A stretch of 64,000 nt of DNA, taken from contig OZ199838.1 of NCBI GenBank assembly GCA_964304625.1, positions 14,064,960 through 14,128,959 on the forward strand. The letters run 5' to 3'. The position numbers and the translations under genes are program-made. Under the pieces are notes generated by a model. It saw only the letters and a list, made by a program, of their open reading frames with translations, was not told the DNA's origin and did not search any database. Positions 1 through 11,116 of the stretch are shown here, in pieces; the stretch's first letter is position 1, and each line of letters begins with the position of its first letter. The stretch is from Kudoa neothunni. Its lineage: Eukaryota > Animalia > Cnidaria.

Positions 1-1233
1 GTATAATCCGCGTCGTTTTGCAATAAACACCGAAAAATAACTGATTATTTCCTTATTTCCTCATTTCGTAAATTATCCAAAATTTCTATTTTATATTATT
101 TTTAATAAAGACGATATTAAATTTTTCTGTGTTTATTTGCCATGTGTAAATCGCAATAATGGAGCTTTTAGGTTTAGAGGGGATGATGACTTTTTCTGTT
201 TAATTAATGATTATGATAGGTTATTTTACAAATTAGTAACAAAGGGTTACCTTAAAGCTGCTACAAAAAGATGTTTTAATTGTTGGAATTTCGAAACCTG
301 TACTTTAAAAAAGAGAAAATTACTTATCTTCTGCGGAATGACAACTTGAGGTAGCTAAGGTGAAAAACTAGTGTTTCCCCTTGAAACGGTATTTTATCTC
401 TAGTATGGCTTCCGTCGGTTTAACAAATAAATTAACGAAAATAAAAGATATGTTCATTTAGAAAATGCTATACTAAAATTTGTAAGAAAATTTGAGTGAG
501 TGAATCTTTATAAAACTGGCCGTACGTCTAATACATTGCATAACACTTAAGCTGCGTGTCAACAGCATGGAAGTAGTTCCAAAGAATGATTTTAGCGTAA
601 CATAAAGATTAAAATTATAAATTAATTCATTTCAAAGTTTAATTATGCATTATAACAATAATGAAACATTACTTTATTAAAACAAATATTTTTGTCCCAA
701 CAAAATAATTTTTTAATGTACATTAATTGTACACTTTGTGTTGATTTTATAAGATAAATAGGTAAATATACGATTTATTATTTGAAAAGTTTTCCAATTT
801 AATATCTACAGATAAATAAAGTACGTATTGAAATATTTTTAATTAATAACTTTTTTCGATTTTATAACCAAAAATCTCAATGTACGATCAAAATAATTAT
901 CGTTAGTTTCAATTTCGTAAGTAATTAGTGTATAAAAATTACTTCACTATTAACAATGTATTAATAAAAATGTATCAACTAAAATGAACAATTATATATG
1001 TTACTAAATGGTTTAAAAGTTAATTTGACATTTAGAAATAAAGATAGATGACACATTATTTCTTAATATTAGACAAGCTTATTTAGAAGATTTACTAGAT
1101 TAACTTTGGTACATGAATATTAGGATATTTTAAATAATTGTAATAATATACTAATTAGTATAAAATAAGCAAATAATCAGGCATTTTTCGGTGTTTATTG
1201 CAAAACGACGCGGGTTATCCTTGTATCCGACTG
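1..1233. mobile_element. pogo/Tigger-like MITE with long TIRs (left terminus lies just before the window)
   Basis: Bases 3-50 (ataatccgcgtcgttttgcaataaacaccgaaaaa...) are the reverse complement of ~1170-1218; the right end is ...gtatccgactg followed by TA (CAGT-type terminus). Confidence 0.8.
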
Positions 1234-1408
1234 TAATCGAAGTGGAATTAGGCAAAAATTTGGAGATAATTTATTTGAGCTCAATATTTGCACTCAGTAA
1301 TCTTTTAATTTATTATTGATAATCGTAAAAGGAAAAACGGATGCAAGATAGTGTTGTCCTGGAGTCACATACTTTACCATTATCCTGTTAGTCGCTATGT
1401 TTATAGTA

Positions 1409-2407
1409 CAGTAAGTAACCAATTTCACGCACTTTTTAAAATCCTATTAGTTAGAATATTGATTGGTCATTGTTCATATAATGTTTCTTGTAGTATTTCA
1501 ATCAACATTTTTACAAAAATTATTTTAAAAAGTTGCTAAATAATGGAACTAAAAGTCACGTGACAGACAATTCACGCACTTTTTTCCGGGTATTTCTTGT
1601 TTATTATTTAGTTACGTTAATATTTAATGCCAAAAAACGCCTAAATTGTATCTATTGTCAAATAGTACAATATTACTAATTATTATGAAAGTCTTCCATT
1701 TAATGACCAAAAAACTGTCATTGCATCACATTTAAAATATCCATAATATCGACTCCTAATGGCATCCTAGAGATGAAAAATAAAATAATCAAAACCTATG
1801 AATGTTTGTAGAATCTAAAAATAGAAATTATTTGCATGTAGGACAATTTAATTCTGTTGATGAAGATGCATATGAGTGGATTAGGTTGACACGAAGCAAA
1901 AAGATTAAAGTAAGCGTCATCACGATAATCGTCAAGAGAAATCAATTAGCCAAAGAAAAAGGTTTACTTTTATGTGCAATTCGTTGAGGGTTTCGTTGTT
2001 TTAAAAAAGGTCCAACATTAAAAAATCAAATTTTATTAGCTAATCTGCTAATGCTACACCTGAAACCATTTCAGAGCAGACCAATCAAATCAGGACATTC
2101 TTCAAAAGATACTCTGAAGATTTTATTTACAATGTAGACGAAACTGCCTTATTCTACTGATAGCAACTGGAAGAATATTTCATAAATCGTTGGAAAAATA
2201 TTTTTGTGATGTTAACATTTCTCGAGTTTTAATTGTCGTTTAAAAATTAATATATAGTTAATTAGTCGTTATAAACGCAATTTAATCATTAAATGTCAAT
2301 TTTTTCAGAAATAATTGCGTACGCACGTGCGTGAAAATGGACGTGACCAGTTTTACTCACTTTCTGTCTTGGTCCTCAAGGGACTACGTGAAATTGGTTG
2401 CTTACTG
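1409..2407 (+). mobile_element. Internally deleted pogo/Tigger DNA transposon
   Basis: 21-bp TIRs cagtaagtaaccaatttcacg / cgtgaaattggttgcttactg, each flanked by TA; CENP-B-like HTH remnant (ORF 1802-1987); the pogo DDE motif FIYNVDETALFY reads at ~2123-2158. Confidence 0.9.
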
Positions 2408-2409
2408 TA

Positions 2410-2672
2410 GTATTCAGGGAAAATCTTTCTTCCACATCAAATATCTTCATTGTTTCAAATTTAGCATTTAATTTATTTTCTAATTTTTGATAATATTTCA
2501 TAAATTTAAATTTTGGGATAGAATTAGGATTTTTTATCATTTGTAGATGCACTAGTCAAGATTGAGACAATATGTTACTAATGTTATAAGGTTTACATAT
2601 TTAAGTTAAATTTTCTAAACTATGAATAATGTACGTTTCATTGTGATATTGCACACGAGCCATAAGTCACCG
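2410..2672 (-). repeat. Dispersed repeat, inverted copy of 5670-5950 (non-autonomous DNA transposon end)
   Basis: The reverse complement of 2460-2620 aligns with 5685-5745 and 5848-5940; terminal motif cataagtcaccg at 2661 matches cataagtcactg at 6461. Confidence 0.65.
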
Positions 2673-2775
2673 CATCTCAAAAACTAATGTGCTGCCGAAA
2701 AAATCAAAAAATAATCAAACCAGAATATTAGAATGAGATGAAATGCTAAAGAAAGTGTCCATGCACAACGGTGCC

Positions 2776-4360
2776 TTATATATCATCAATATCGATATCG
2801 GAACTTTCATCATCGCCAGTGTTTTGCTCTGGAACGGCATGTAGAGAATTTGCCTTAATCGTTTCACCTGACGAACCGTAAACAACACCATTCGAATGAG
2901 AGTTCGGCGTGTTGGCGGAGCTATTGGGATTTGGATGATCCGAAGGCTCAACCGATGTTAGTGCTTCAGTCCTGGTGGTACCATTACGATTTCTGGAACT
3001 ATTAGCAACAGGCTGAGCCAGCTGCTGCTCTTGTTCGTCTTCACTATCGGAAGATGACTCTTCTTCTGCATTCTTAAGCCAGTCCATAAACTTGAAAGCT
3101 GCTGCTTTGATTCTGACCGAAGTTTCCTTTGACACAAACCTTGAAGACCTTTTAGAGTCCCAATGCAAGAAAACCTCTTCATCAATAATATCAGCTTCAA
3201 ATAATATCTTGAAGATGATTGGAACTTTGTCAATCAGTTGATCGATGTAGAGTTCGATAATACGCTCGACTGAAGCAAGCAGATACTTTTGAACTTTCGG
3301 TTGATCGGCGCAGAAACGTCGAAGAAATTTATGATGTTGTGACAACTGTCTAACTATGTCACTATCAAATATCAGGTTTGAAATGGAGAAGATAGCTTTG
3401 TGTTCGACATCTAGGCGTCTCACTTCGTTTACAATGTCATCCAAGTGATTGTCAAGGTTTTTGTCTATAGAAAGTTTTTTTTTGGACAAAATCTCGAAGA
3501 ATTTCCAACTTCTCATGCATGGGTTTGTCTGTATCGGCATTAATTGTCAACGAACGTAGATGAGCAGAGAGCATAAGCTGACGCTCTTTAACGGCGGCCT
3601 CACTCACATCTGCATTCCATTGACAGTCATCAGCATCGTCCTCAGCTGGTGGATCGGCGTTGTTGGTTTCAGGTGCAACTGAGCTGTTTTCAAACATGGA
3701 TACTTCATTTGCATCGGGATGATCGGCAGACTTTTTCTTTTTGGGGGAAGATTTGGATGATTTTTTCTGATTGGGTTTATTTTTGGCATTTGTTGTCGGT
3801 GGATTTTTGAGGATGTAGGCGGATGAACGATGAGTAGTCGACACTTTGCTGCTGTGACCGCATGCTATGCATCTCATTGAAATAGTTTCCTTTTTTGCCA
3901 ACACAGATAGAACTGTCTCAGGATTGGAACAACTATCACACAGCACGTATCTCTCAATAAAGGTATCGAGAATATTTTGAAGTTTATCAGCGTCATGAGC
4001 TCCATTTACGATGTAGCGATCATTTTTAGGATCGGAAATTGTTTGCGCCCCAAGCTCACACCCAATATACTTCAAGGGATCTTAAAGAAAATACATTAAA
4101 TGATAAAAATCAAGTTATCATACAAAGAGGCGGTCTATTCAAAGCTTTAGACACTTCAACCAAGTTAGGAATAACGGTCTTGATACCATTTCCTCTGCCT
4201 TCAACCTAAAACCAACAATTGTAAACTGACAACCAACAACTAATTTCGAGATAACGTCTATTTCATCAATAAAACTAACACATACTTTTGCCTGTATTCT
4301 AGGCATTTTATAACGATAATAGCTATCAGTAACCTTACGGTTAATGTTTACTGTGGTCAT
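2776..4360 (-). CDS. EIF5: Eukaryotic translation initiation factor 5 (3 coding exons; one-base frame break in A9 run at 3475-3483)
   Basis: N-terminus [25 protein letters not shown]|[11 protein letters not shown]...|[14 protein letters not shown], zinc-ribbon CDSCSNPET...CIACG, and a C-terminal W2/HEAT domain ([14 protein letters not shown]...[11 protein letters not shown]). Introns 4206-4285 (80 nt) and 4081-4123 (43 nt) are GT-AG. Confidence 0.95.
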
Positions 4361-4361
4361 T

Positions 4362-4400
4362 TTATACAATTAGTTCCGTTTTGGCGGTTAAAATAATCAT
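4362..4400 (-). promoter_or_regulatory. Upstream ORF (MIILTAKTELIV*) in the eIF5 5' leader, poor AUG context
   Basis: Minus strand reads tatATGattattttaaccgccaaaacggaactaattgtaTAAaATG; U at -3 for the uAUG versus A at -3 for the main AUG. Confidence 0.6.
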
Positions 4401-5669
4401 ATATGTAGAAGATAGAGTTTGTGTTAGTATCGATAAATCGTGTACGATGCAATAGAGACACTGGTTAGTATTTTGTATCTATTGTTGATAGTTTTGCACT
4501 AAAATATCAATTTATATCGTTACAGCTCACCTCTGAACAAAACGAATCACCTAAAAGCAAGTTTACTTCTTATTGCAACTCATGCAAGCCAAAACAAGCC
4601 TAAGCACTCGAAGAGTAATTATTGTGCTAACGAGAGTTTCCGAAAAATTGGTTCTAATTGATAGCCTTATTCCTCAGAATAATTTAATTTAAATATTATT
4701 TACTATTTATAAAGGGTTTTCGAATAAATTACATCACCTTGTTAGTACAAGTTTGAGCCATTATGAGTGATAATCTTTAAATCGGATTAACAACCACTCA
4801 CAATTCGTTATCTATCTAGGTGTGAACCCTATTATCATGCTTGTATAATTTTTCTTAGGAAAATCAGAAGATTTATTGATTGGAGAAATACCATTTATAC
4901 TCACCTTGGATTACGAGTTTTTAATCTACTTAATCGCACAATTGATACCTAAGACCTCATTCGTACTTATCTCAGAATGATTCTATTCTTCGAATAATTA
5001 GAATGAAGGCGCAGTTAGCTTCATTATTGAATTGATCAATAGTTTAGCTATTTATAACTCTTGTGTGCTATTGTAATATACGTTCCTCGATGTCGCAATG
5101 TTTCGATATTTATCGTATATTATTATTCAACTAATGTCAGCCTTATAACTAGGGTGGATGGAATTATCATATACGTTGAATCTCATTGTATAAATCATAT
5201 TTTATAAATCTCGTTTACATTATATATAACACATTATTTATGTATTTACTTTGGTTTGTTAGATAATAATCTTCACGCTGTATTAGATAATTGACTTTTC
5301 GTTAATCCTAAAATAGTGGTTTGAGCTCCCTTCAAATTAAAAAAGGTTTCCTGACAGTGTTATAATTATAAGGGGAGGTTTCCTGTTGTTGAGAATTATT
5401 CTTTGTGTGTCTGATATTCTTGTTCGGTCCAGCTGTCCCCATGTAGCCTCTAATTGTTTTCTGTGTCTGTTTGACCGCTATACAATGATACAATGCATAG
5501 TTAACTTTGCGGCCTAACTGAATAGTGTCTTTCGCTATATTCTAATTCTAAGCACATTAGACAACTGATTATGTGGGATTGGCGATTTTTCACAGCCCCC
5601 GAAACCCTTCTGTAAACATCATCTCAGAGTTTTATAATTTTGATAATATGTAGTATCGCAATAAAATAT

Positions 5670-6472
5670 AAATTAATCAATTTCTAAAAAATTTAACTTC
5701 AATATGTAAACTTGATAACATTAGTAATATATTATCTCAATTTAACTTTATAGGAATTGAATTATCAATAGTTTTTATGCATTTTATGAGTCTTGCGCAA
5801 TTATAGCTCGTGTGTAATGAATATTCTTCGTAACAAAGAAAATTATGGCTTGTGCATCAACAAGTGATAATAAATCCTAATTCTATCCTGAAATTTTAAT
5901 TTTTTCGCAATATTCTCAAAAAGGAGCGAATAAATCAAATAATAAACTTGAAACAATGAAGATAATTGGCGTAAAAGAAAGATCTACTTTGAATACTATT
6001 ATAAACATAAAGACGAGTTCTTTTAACATTATAAAGATTGCTCTGTTCCAAAAATTGAACAACTCTCAAAGGGAGAAAATATTTATACTGATCTATAGGT
6101 GAAAGAGTGAACTGAATTGAATTGACGAGAGCAAAAAAAATAAAAGATTCTGAATAAGTTTCTATCAGTAAAGCTAATTGATTCCTTATGATAGCTCGCA
6201 ATCAATACATGTATCTACTAATTAGTTTATGGTTATATAAAAAGATTTAACATTTCAGAACATCATTTTTCGGTAAATCTTCAAATTATAAATCATGTTG
6301 CATTAAAAATTACCTCAAATATTAAACTAAATACGTATGCTGATTGGTCCAAATATAATCTAATTTTTTATTTGTTTATTTCGCGTGGGCGAGAGTTATG
6401 CCGAGCGTAATTATGCCTCGTGCGTAATGATATTGATTTTCCTTTTGATTATGAACGACTCATAAGTCACTG
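5670..6472 (+). mobile_element. Non-autonomous Tc1/pogo-like element (same family as 2410-2672)
   Basis: Homology to the reverse complement of 2460-2620; right terminus cataagtcactg followed by TA at 6461-6474. The left boundary is approximate. Confidence 0.55.
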
Positions 6473-6597
6473 TATATGCGAAATATATGTTTATATAGAA
6501 ATTTGATATTTGTTGCAAGAATATTTAATTTCGTTATACACTCATGCGATGGATGAGACTTTATTTGTCTCAATGAAGTTATAGATAACTGTCTTAA

Positions 6598-8304
6598 CCT
6601 TCCAAGTGCTACGAAAATTACTATACACTTGGTATCTTTGGGGACCTGTATGATCCCACAATTTTCTTACATTATTTTAATTTAAATATATTGAAAAACT
6701 TTTCGATAAAATTTAAGAGAAATCTATCGTCGAATTCGTATCGAATTTCGAAAAAACATATAAACGAGAAGATCGATTTGTCTGTAATTGTTAAAATTTC
6801 CCTTTATTTATATTTTATTTATTTCATTATTTTGTAACTCACATTAGCTAAATGTTAAATGAAACTACACTTTATATGTGTGAAAATAATCTCATTTTAG
6901 TAAAATTTAGTTTTTACCAATGTAGTAAATAATGCGTATATTGTTTGGACAAAATGATTGTAAAATCATAAATATTAGAATAAATTACTTAAAAATGACA
7001 GAATGTAAGATATTATGACCAACAGCGTGTGAACAAACTAAAATAATAATAAATGGAAAAGACATACGTATATCGAACAGAAAGATTAGATTAATAACCA
7101 AGAAAGTCTAGTTCCGAGTTTCCCCGCCTTTTCCAAAAGTATTGGGTTTTTTAACTTAAACCATTTACAACTTTCAATCAAACTTCCTGTCACATTAAAA
7201 TATGAAAGTCATTAATATACATTTCTTTTCGCATAAAACATAAAATTTATTAGATTAGATCTAACTTAATTTATCGATTGACCTTGAAAATTAACTTTTT
7301 AATTCTTCATTTCGTCCAACTCACATCAAGAAAAACTTTAATGTATACGGGGCTTATAAACCGAAAATAAATAATTTATATATAAAATGATCAATAATAC
7401 ATTAGGTTAAACTGAAAAAAGGGGAGATCGTGGTTATAAATGAGAAATGATTGGGATTAAAACCATTTCGGTTCTTCTGGGATAGAGACCGTTACATGTT
7501 ATTATTTATATTTATATCATTATTCGTGCGTTTGGTATTGTTATATGATATTCATAGTCATTTAAAAATAATCTACATCAAAAATCGAGGTATTTATTTC
7601 AATGTGTGCCACATTGTCCAATTATTTCACCATTATCCATGTCACATCAATGCTCAGGGTTATCGACGACCCGCTAGAGCTGTTCATTAGGTGTTCAAAA
7701 ATTTCCATTCCCACAAAAATTCTTCCAAGTCTCACAGGTGGGTCGTGATTATTATGTTAAGAAACACTCCCCCATACGATTCGGATTTCTCTGCAGTCCA
7801 GATAGCATTATATTTGTCGTAATGCAAAGTTCAATTAATGACAATTTATCAGAATTAGAATCCGATGAATCTGACTCAGGATTACTACATTGAGTAAAAT
7901 TGAAAATTTCACCACAGTCACTCTTAAAATCTGTGGAATATTCTTCGTCAAAACCATCCATCACTCTAAACTAGTCTATTTCGCTGCCAGTTGAATGAAT
8001 TCGGGGATTTTTTGTCTCATTTCCTCTTTATTTTATCGATAGAATTTTATATAACTTTGAATTGTGGTACTTACAATTTTTCCACATTATTTAATGGAAA
8101 AAACCTGGGGTAATATATGACTCCAAAAGCACTACCCGTAAAAAGTACGCATATCTTATTATTAATTTAGATAATTAAAAACATTTTTCTCGCATTGCAT
8201 TAAGCATTTGTTTTCGGGAGAATAGATGTAATATCAGACATCGTCGACTGCAAATAATACATTAAAAATACATTACAATATGACCCCCAAACGCGCTCGG
8301 AAAG
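6598..8304 (-). mobile_element. Decayed piggyBac element
   Basis: TTAA at 6594-6597 and 8305-8308; termini ccttccaagtgc / gcgctcggaaag match the ends of the 11117-12440 element in opposite orientation; acidic ORF 7752-7964(-) is consistent with a transposase N-terminus. Confidence 0.75.
7400..7745 (+). repeat. Dispersed repeat nested in the piggyBac element (second copy at ~20480-20790)
   Basis: Shared blocks gagatc..ataaatgag, tcgaggta..atttcaa, caattat.tcaccattat.catgtcaca and aaaatttccattccc occur in both places. Confidence 0.7.
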
Positions 8305-9081
8305 TTAATGTTGTAAATTTAACGAAGTATTTTCTTATCTTATTTTTTTATAATAACCTCATTAACATTTTAATTATTATTGATTTAATGTTTTCGTTAA
8401 AATATCACATGTATTAGTCAAACTGGTAATATACTCATTGAAAGAAAACTGAAATTTCTTTAACAAAAAAGAGTTATTTTCTTTTTATATTTATCTTAAA
8501 TATCTTAACAAATGTAGATCAATTTAAACTTAGATACATGTTGGTCTATTTATAATCACGCAAGCGCAACGACGTAATTATAAGCTTGAAGTCCAAAACG
8601 AGGAACTTAGGCTAATCAATTCATTCACAAATCTGTTATCATTTAATTTTCAAATTTAGTAATTATAGAGTATGACTGTTAAACCTTTTCATGATATTAT
8701 AATATATAGAACATTCATGGGTTCAGATCATATACTTTAGAAATGAACAAAAGACCGATTATCTACTATAATGAGAATAATGGACCGCAAAAAATTAATA
8801 TTTCTACAAAAATATTAAAGTTTTTAAAATAAAAATTATAAAATCGGGCCAGCGGAGTAACTAATCACGTACATTTGTTTTCAGAAATAAATCCAACCCA
8901 CTTTTATTAAACACCAATATGGTGACAAGTATTCAACTTGAGGCACGAAAGTAACTATATTTTACAAAATTACTCAAACAAATTTTTTCGCGCGATCCAA
9001 TTTAACAATTTTAACCAACCATCAAACTTTTTGATGTCGTACGAATATCGCCGAACGTATACGATCGGCGTCTGACACATT

Positions 9082-10610
9082 ATGGCATCACAAGTTAAAA
9101 ATAAGAGGTATTTACCAGAAGAGGCGTTGAATTTGGAATTTGAGACGTCGGAGGAAGTAGTTCCAATCACTAGCTTTGATAAAATGGGATTAAAAGAAGA
9201 TCTTCTGCGAGGAATATATCACTACGGTAGTTGATTATAGGTTGTGTGTTTTATCTATGTTATTACAGGTTTTGAGAAGCCATCTGCAATTCAACAGAGA
9301 GCAATAAAACCAATAATATCTGGAAAAGATATAATAGCTCAGTATATTTAGGGTGTTGTTGTAGTTGATTTGAAAGTGTTTGATTAGGTCGCAATCTGGT
9401 ACTGGTAAAACGGCTACCTATTCGATTTCAGCATTGAATTGTATTGACACAAAGGTAGATTTATGCTTTATTTTGAGTCGATTCGAAGCTAAAATGACAT
9501 GGTTGTGTTAGATTCGTGAAACCCAGGTTTTGTTGTTATCACCCACTAGGGAGTTGGCCCAACAGATCAAGAAAGTTATCATGGCTCTGGGCGATTTTAT
9601 GAGCGTTCAATGTCATGCATGTATTGGTGGAACCAATATAGGCGAGGATATTCGCAAGTTGGAATACGGTCAACATGTCGTCTCTGGAACACCCGGTAGA
9701 GTGTTTGATATGATCGAGCGTCGTGTGTTACGTACCAGACACATCAAAATGTTGATATTGGACGAAGCTGATGAGATGTTGAATCAAAATTTCAAAGAAC
9801 AAATCTACGATATTTATAGATTTCTTCCTCCATCAGCTCAGGTGGTACTTGTGAGTGCAACACTTCCTCACGAAGTATTAGAAATGACACTGAAGTTTAT
9901 GAATGATCCTATTCGTATTTTGGTGAAACGTGATGAATTAATGTTGGATGCTATAAAACAGTATTTCGTTGCCGTCGAGAAAGAGGAGTGGAAGTTTTCC
10001 ACATTATGTGACATCTACGAAATGATTGTGGTGCCACAAGCAGTAATATTTTGTAACACTCGCCAAAAGGCTGCATGGTTGGCTGAGAAAATGATTGAGG
10101 CCAATTTTACAGTCGCTGTTATGCATGGTGATATGCCCCAGAGTGAGCGTGAAGAAATTGTTAAAGAGTTTGCAAACGGTAGAAGGTATGTCGTGGTTAG
10201 GATCTGCTAATTTATTATTTTTTACCAACAATAATATTATTTGTTGTAGTCGTGTTCTTATTACTACAGATGTTTGGGCTCGTGGTCTCGATGTTGTTAC
10301 TATCTCATTGGTTGTCAACTATGATATTCCAGTCAGTAGAGAAACCTACCTTCATAGGTATCCTCATTGCATCGATTATTATGCGATCAGCTGATTAAAC
10401 TTATTGATGTTTTTAGAATGGGTCGTGCTGGTAGATTCGGCAGAAGAGGTGTTGTCATTCACTTGGCGAAAAATGAAGAGATACACATTATCCGTGACAT
10501 TGAGCAATATTACAGTACTCAGATTGACGAAATGCCCTCCAACAGTATCTTTATTTGTTGAGGTTTTCGTAATTTGACCTTTACTTTTCTTAGTTGCTGA
10601 CATTGTCTGA
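9082..10610 (+). CDS. EIF4A3: Eukaryotic initiation factor 4A-III (exon junction complex DEAD-box helicase), 7 exons
   Basis: Q motif [59 protein letters not shown] (eIF4AIII-type), [17 protein letters not shown], ending [13 protein letters not shown]. Introns: 9227-9268, 9342-9387, 9455-9511, 10186-10249, 10358-10416, 10545-10593. Confidence 0.93.
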
Positions 10611-11116
10611 TTTTGGGGACGAAGGTTATCATACTTGTTTTGTCATACATGTTCGTTTAACTAGCAACTCCACTTTATTGTACTATTTTTGAAATTATTG
10701 TTTCTTCAATTTTCCTCATTAAATATGTTTTTTTGTCACAACATGGACTGGAATTTTACCGCGCCCATTTTCTGATTACGTGGATTTATAAATATCGTTT
10801 CATTAATTGTGCATATTTAAGTATTGGCTTTTTCTCGCTTTTAATATCGGTGCGGCATAGGCCGTCGAAAGTCCGAATATCATTAAAATATAATTTCCGC
10901 CTTCATTCGCACGTGGGTAGATATTAGATGAGTGTTGATTTATTCATAAAATGGTTTGTTGACTTGTGCACTTTCCAACTTATTTTACCTTATAACTGCT
11001 GCATTAGTGGCATATACCGTAGTTAAACGATTTTTCCACATTTAATCCTATTTTTGCTCTTATGAGTATGTGACAAAAATAATTTTCGTTCTTATTCTCC
11101 GTAAAACTGTTTTTAA

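Noticed and set aside
9082-10610. eIF4A1/2 rather than eIF4A3
   Set aside because: [33 protein letters not shown] and the [11 protein letters not shown]-terminus are eIF4AIII-type.
10731-11079. Inverted ttttgtcaca pair as MITE termini
   Set aside because: Only about 10 bp in AT-rich sequence and no TSD.
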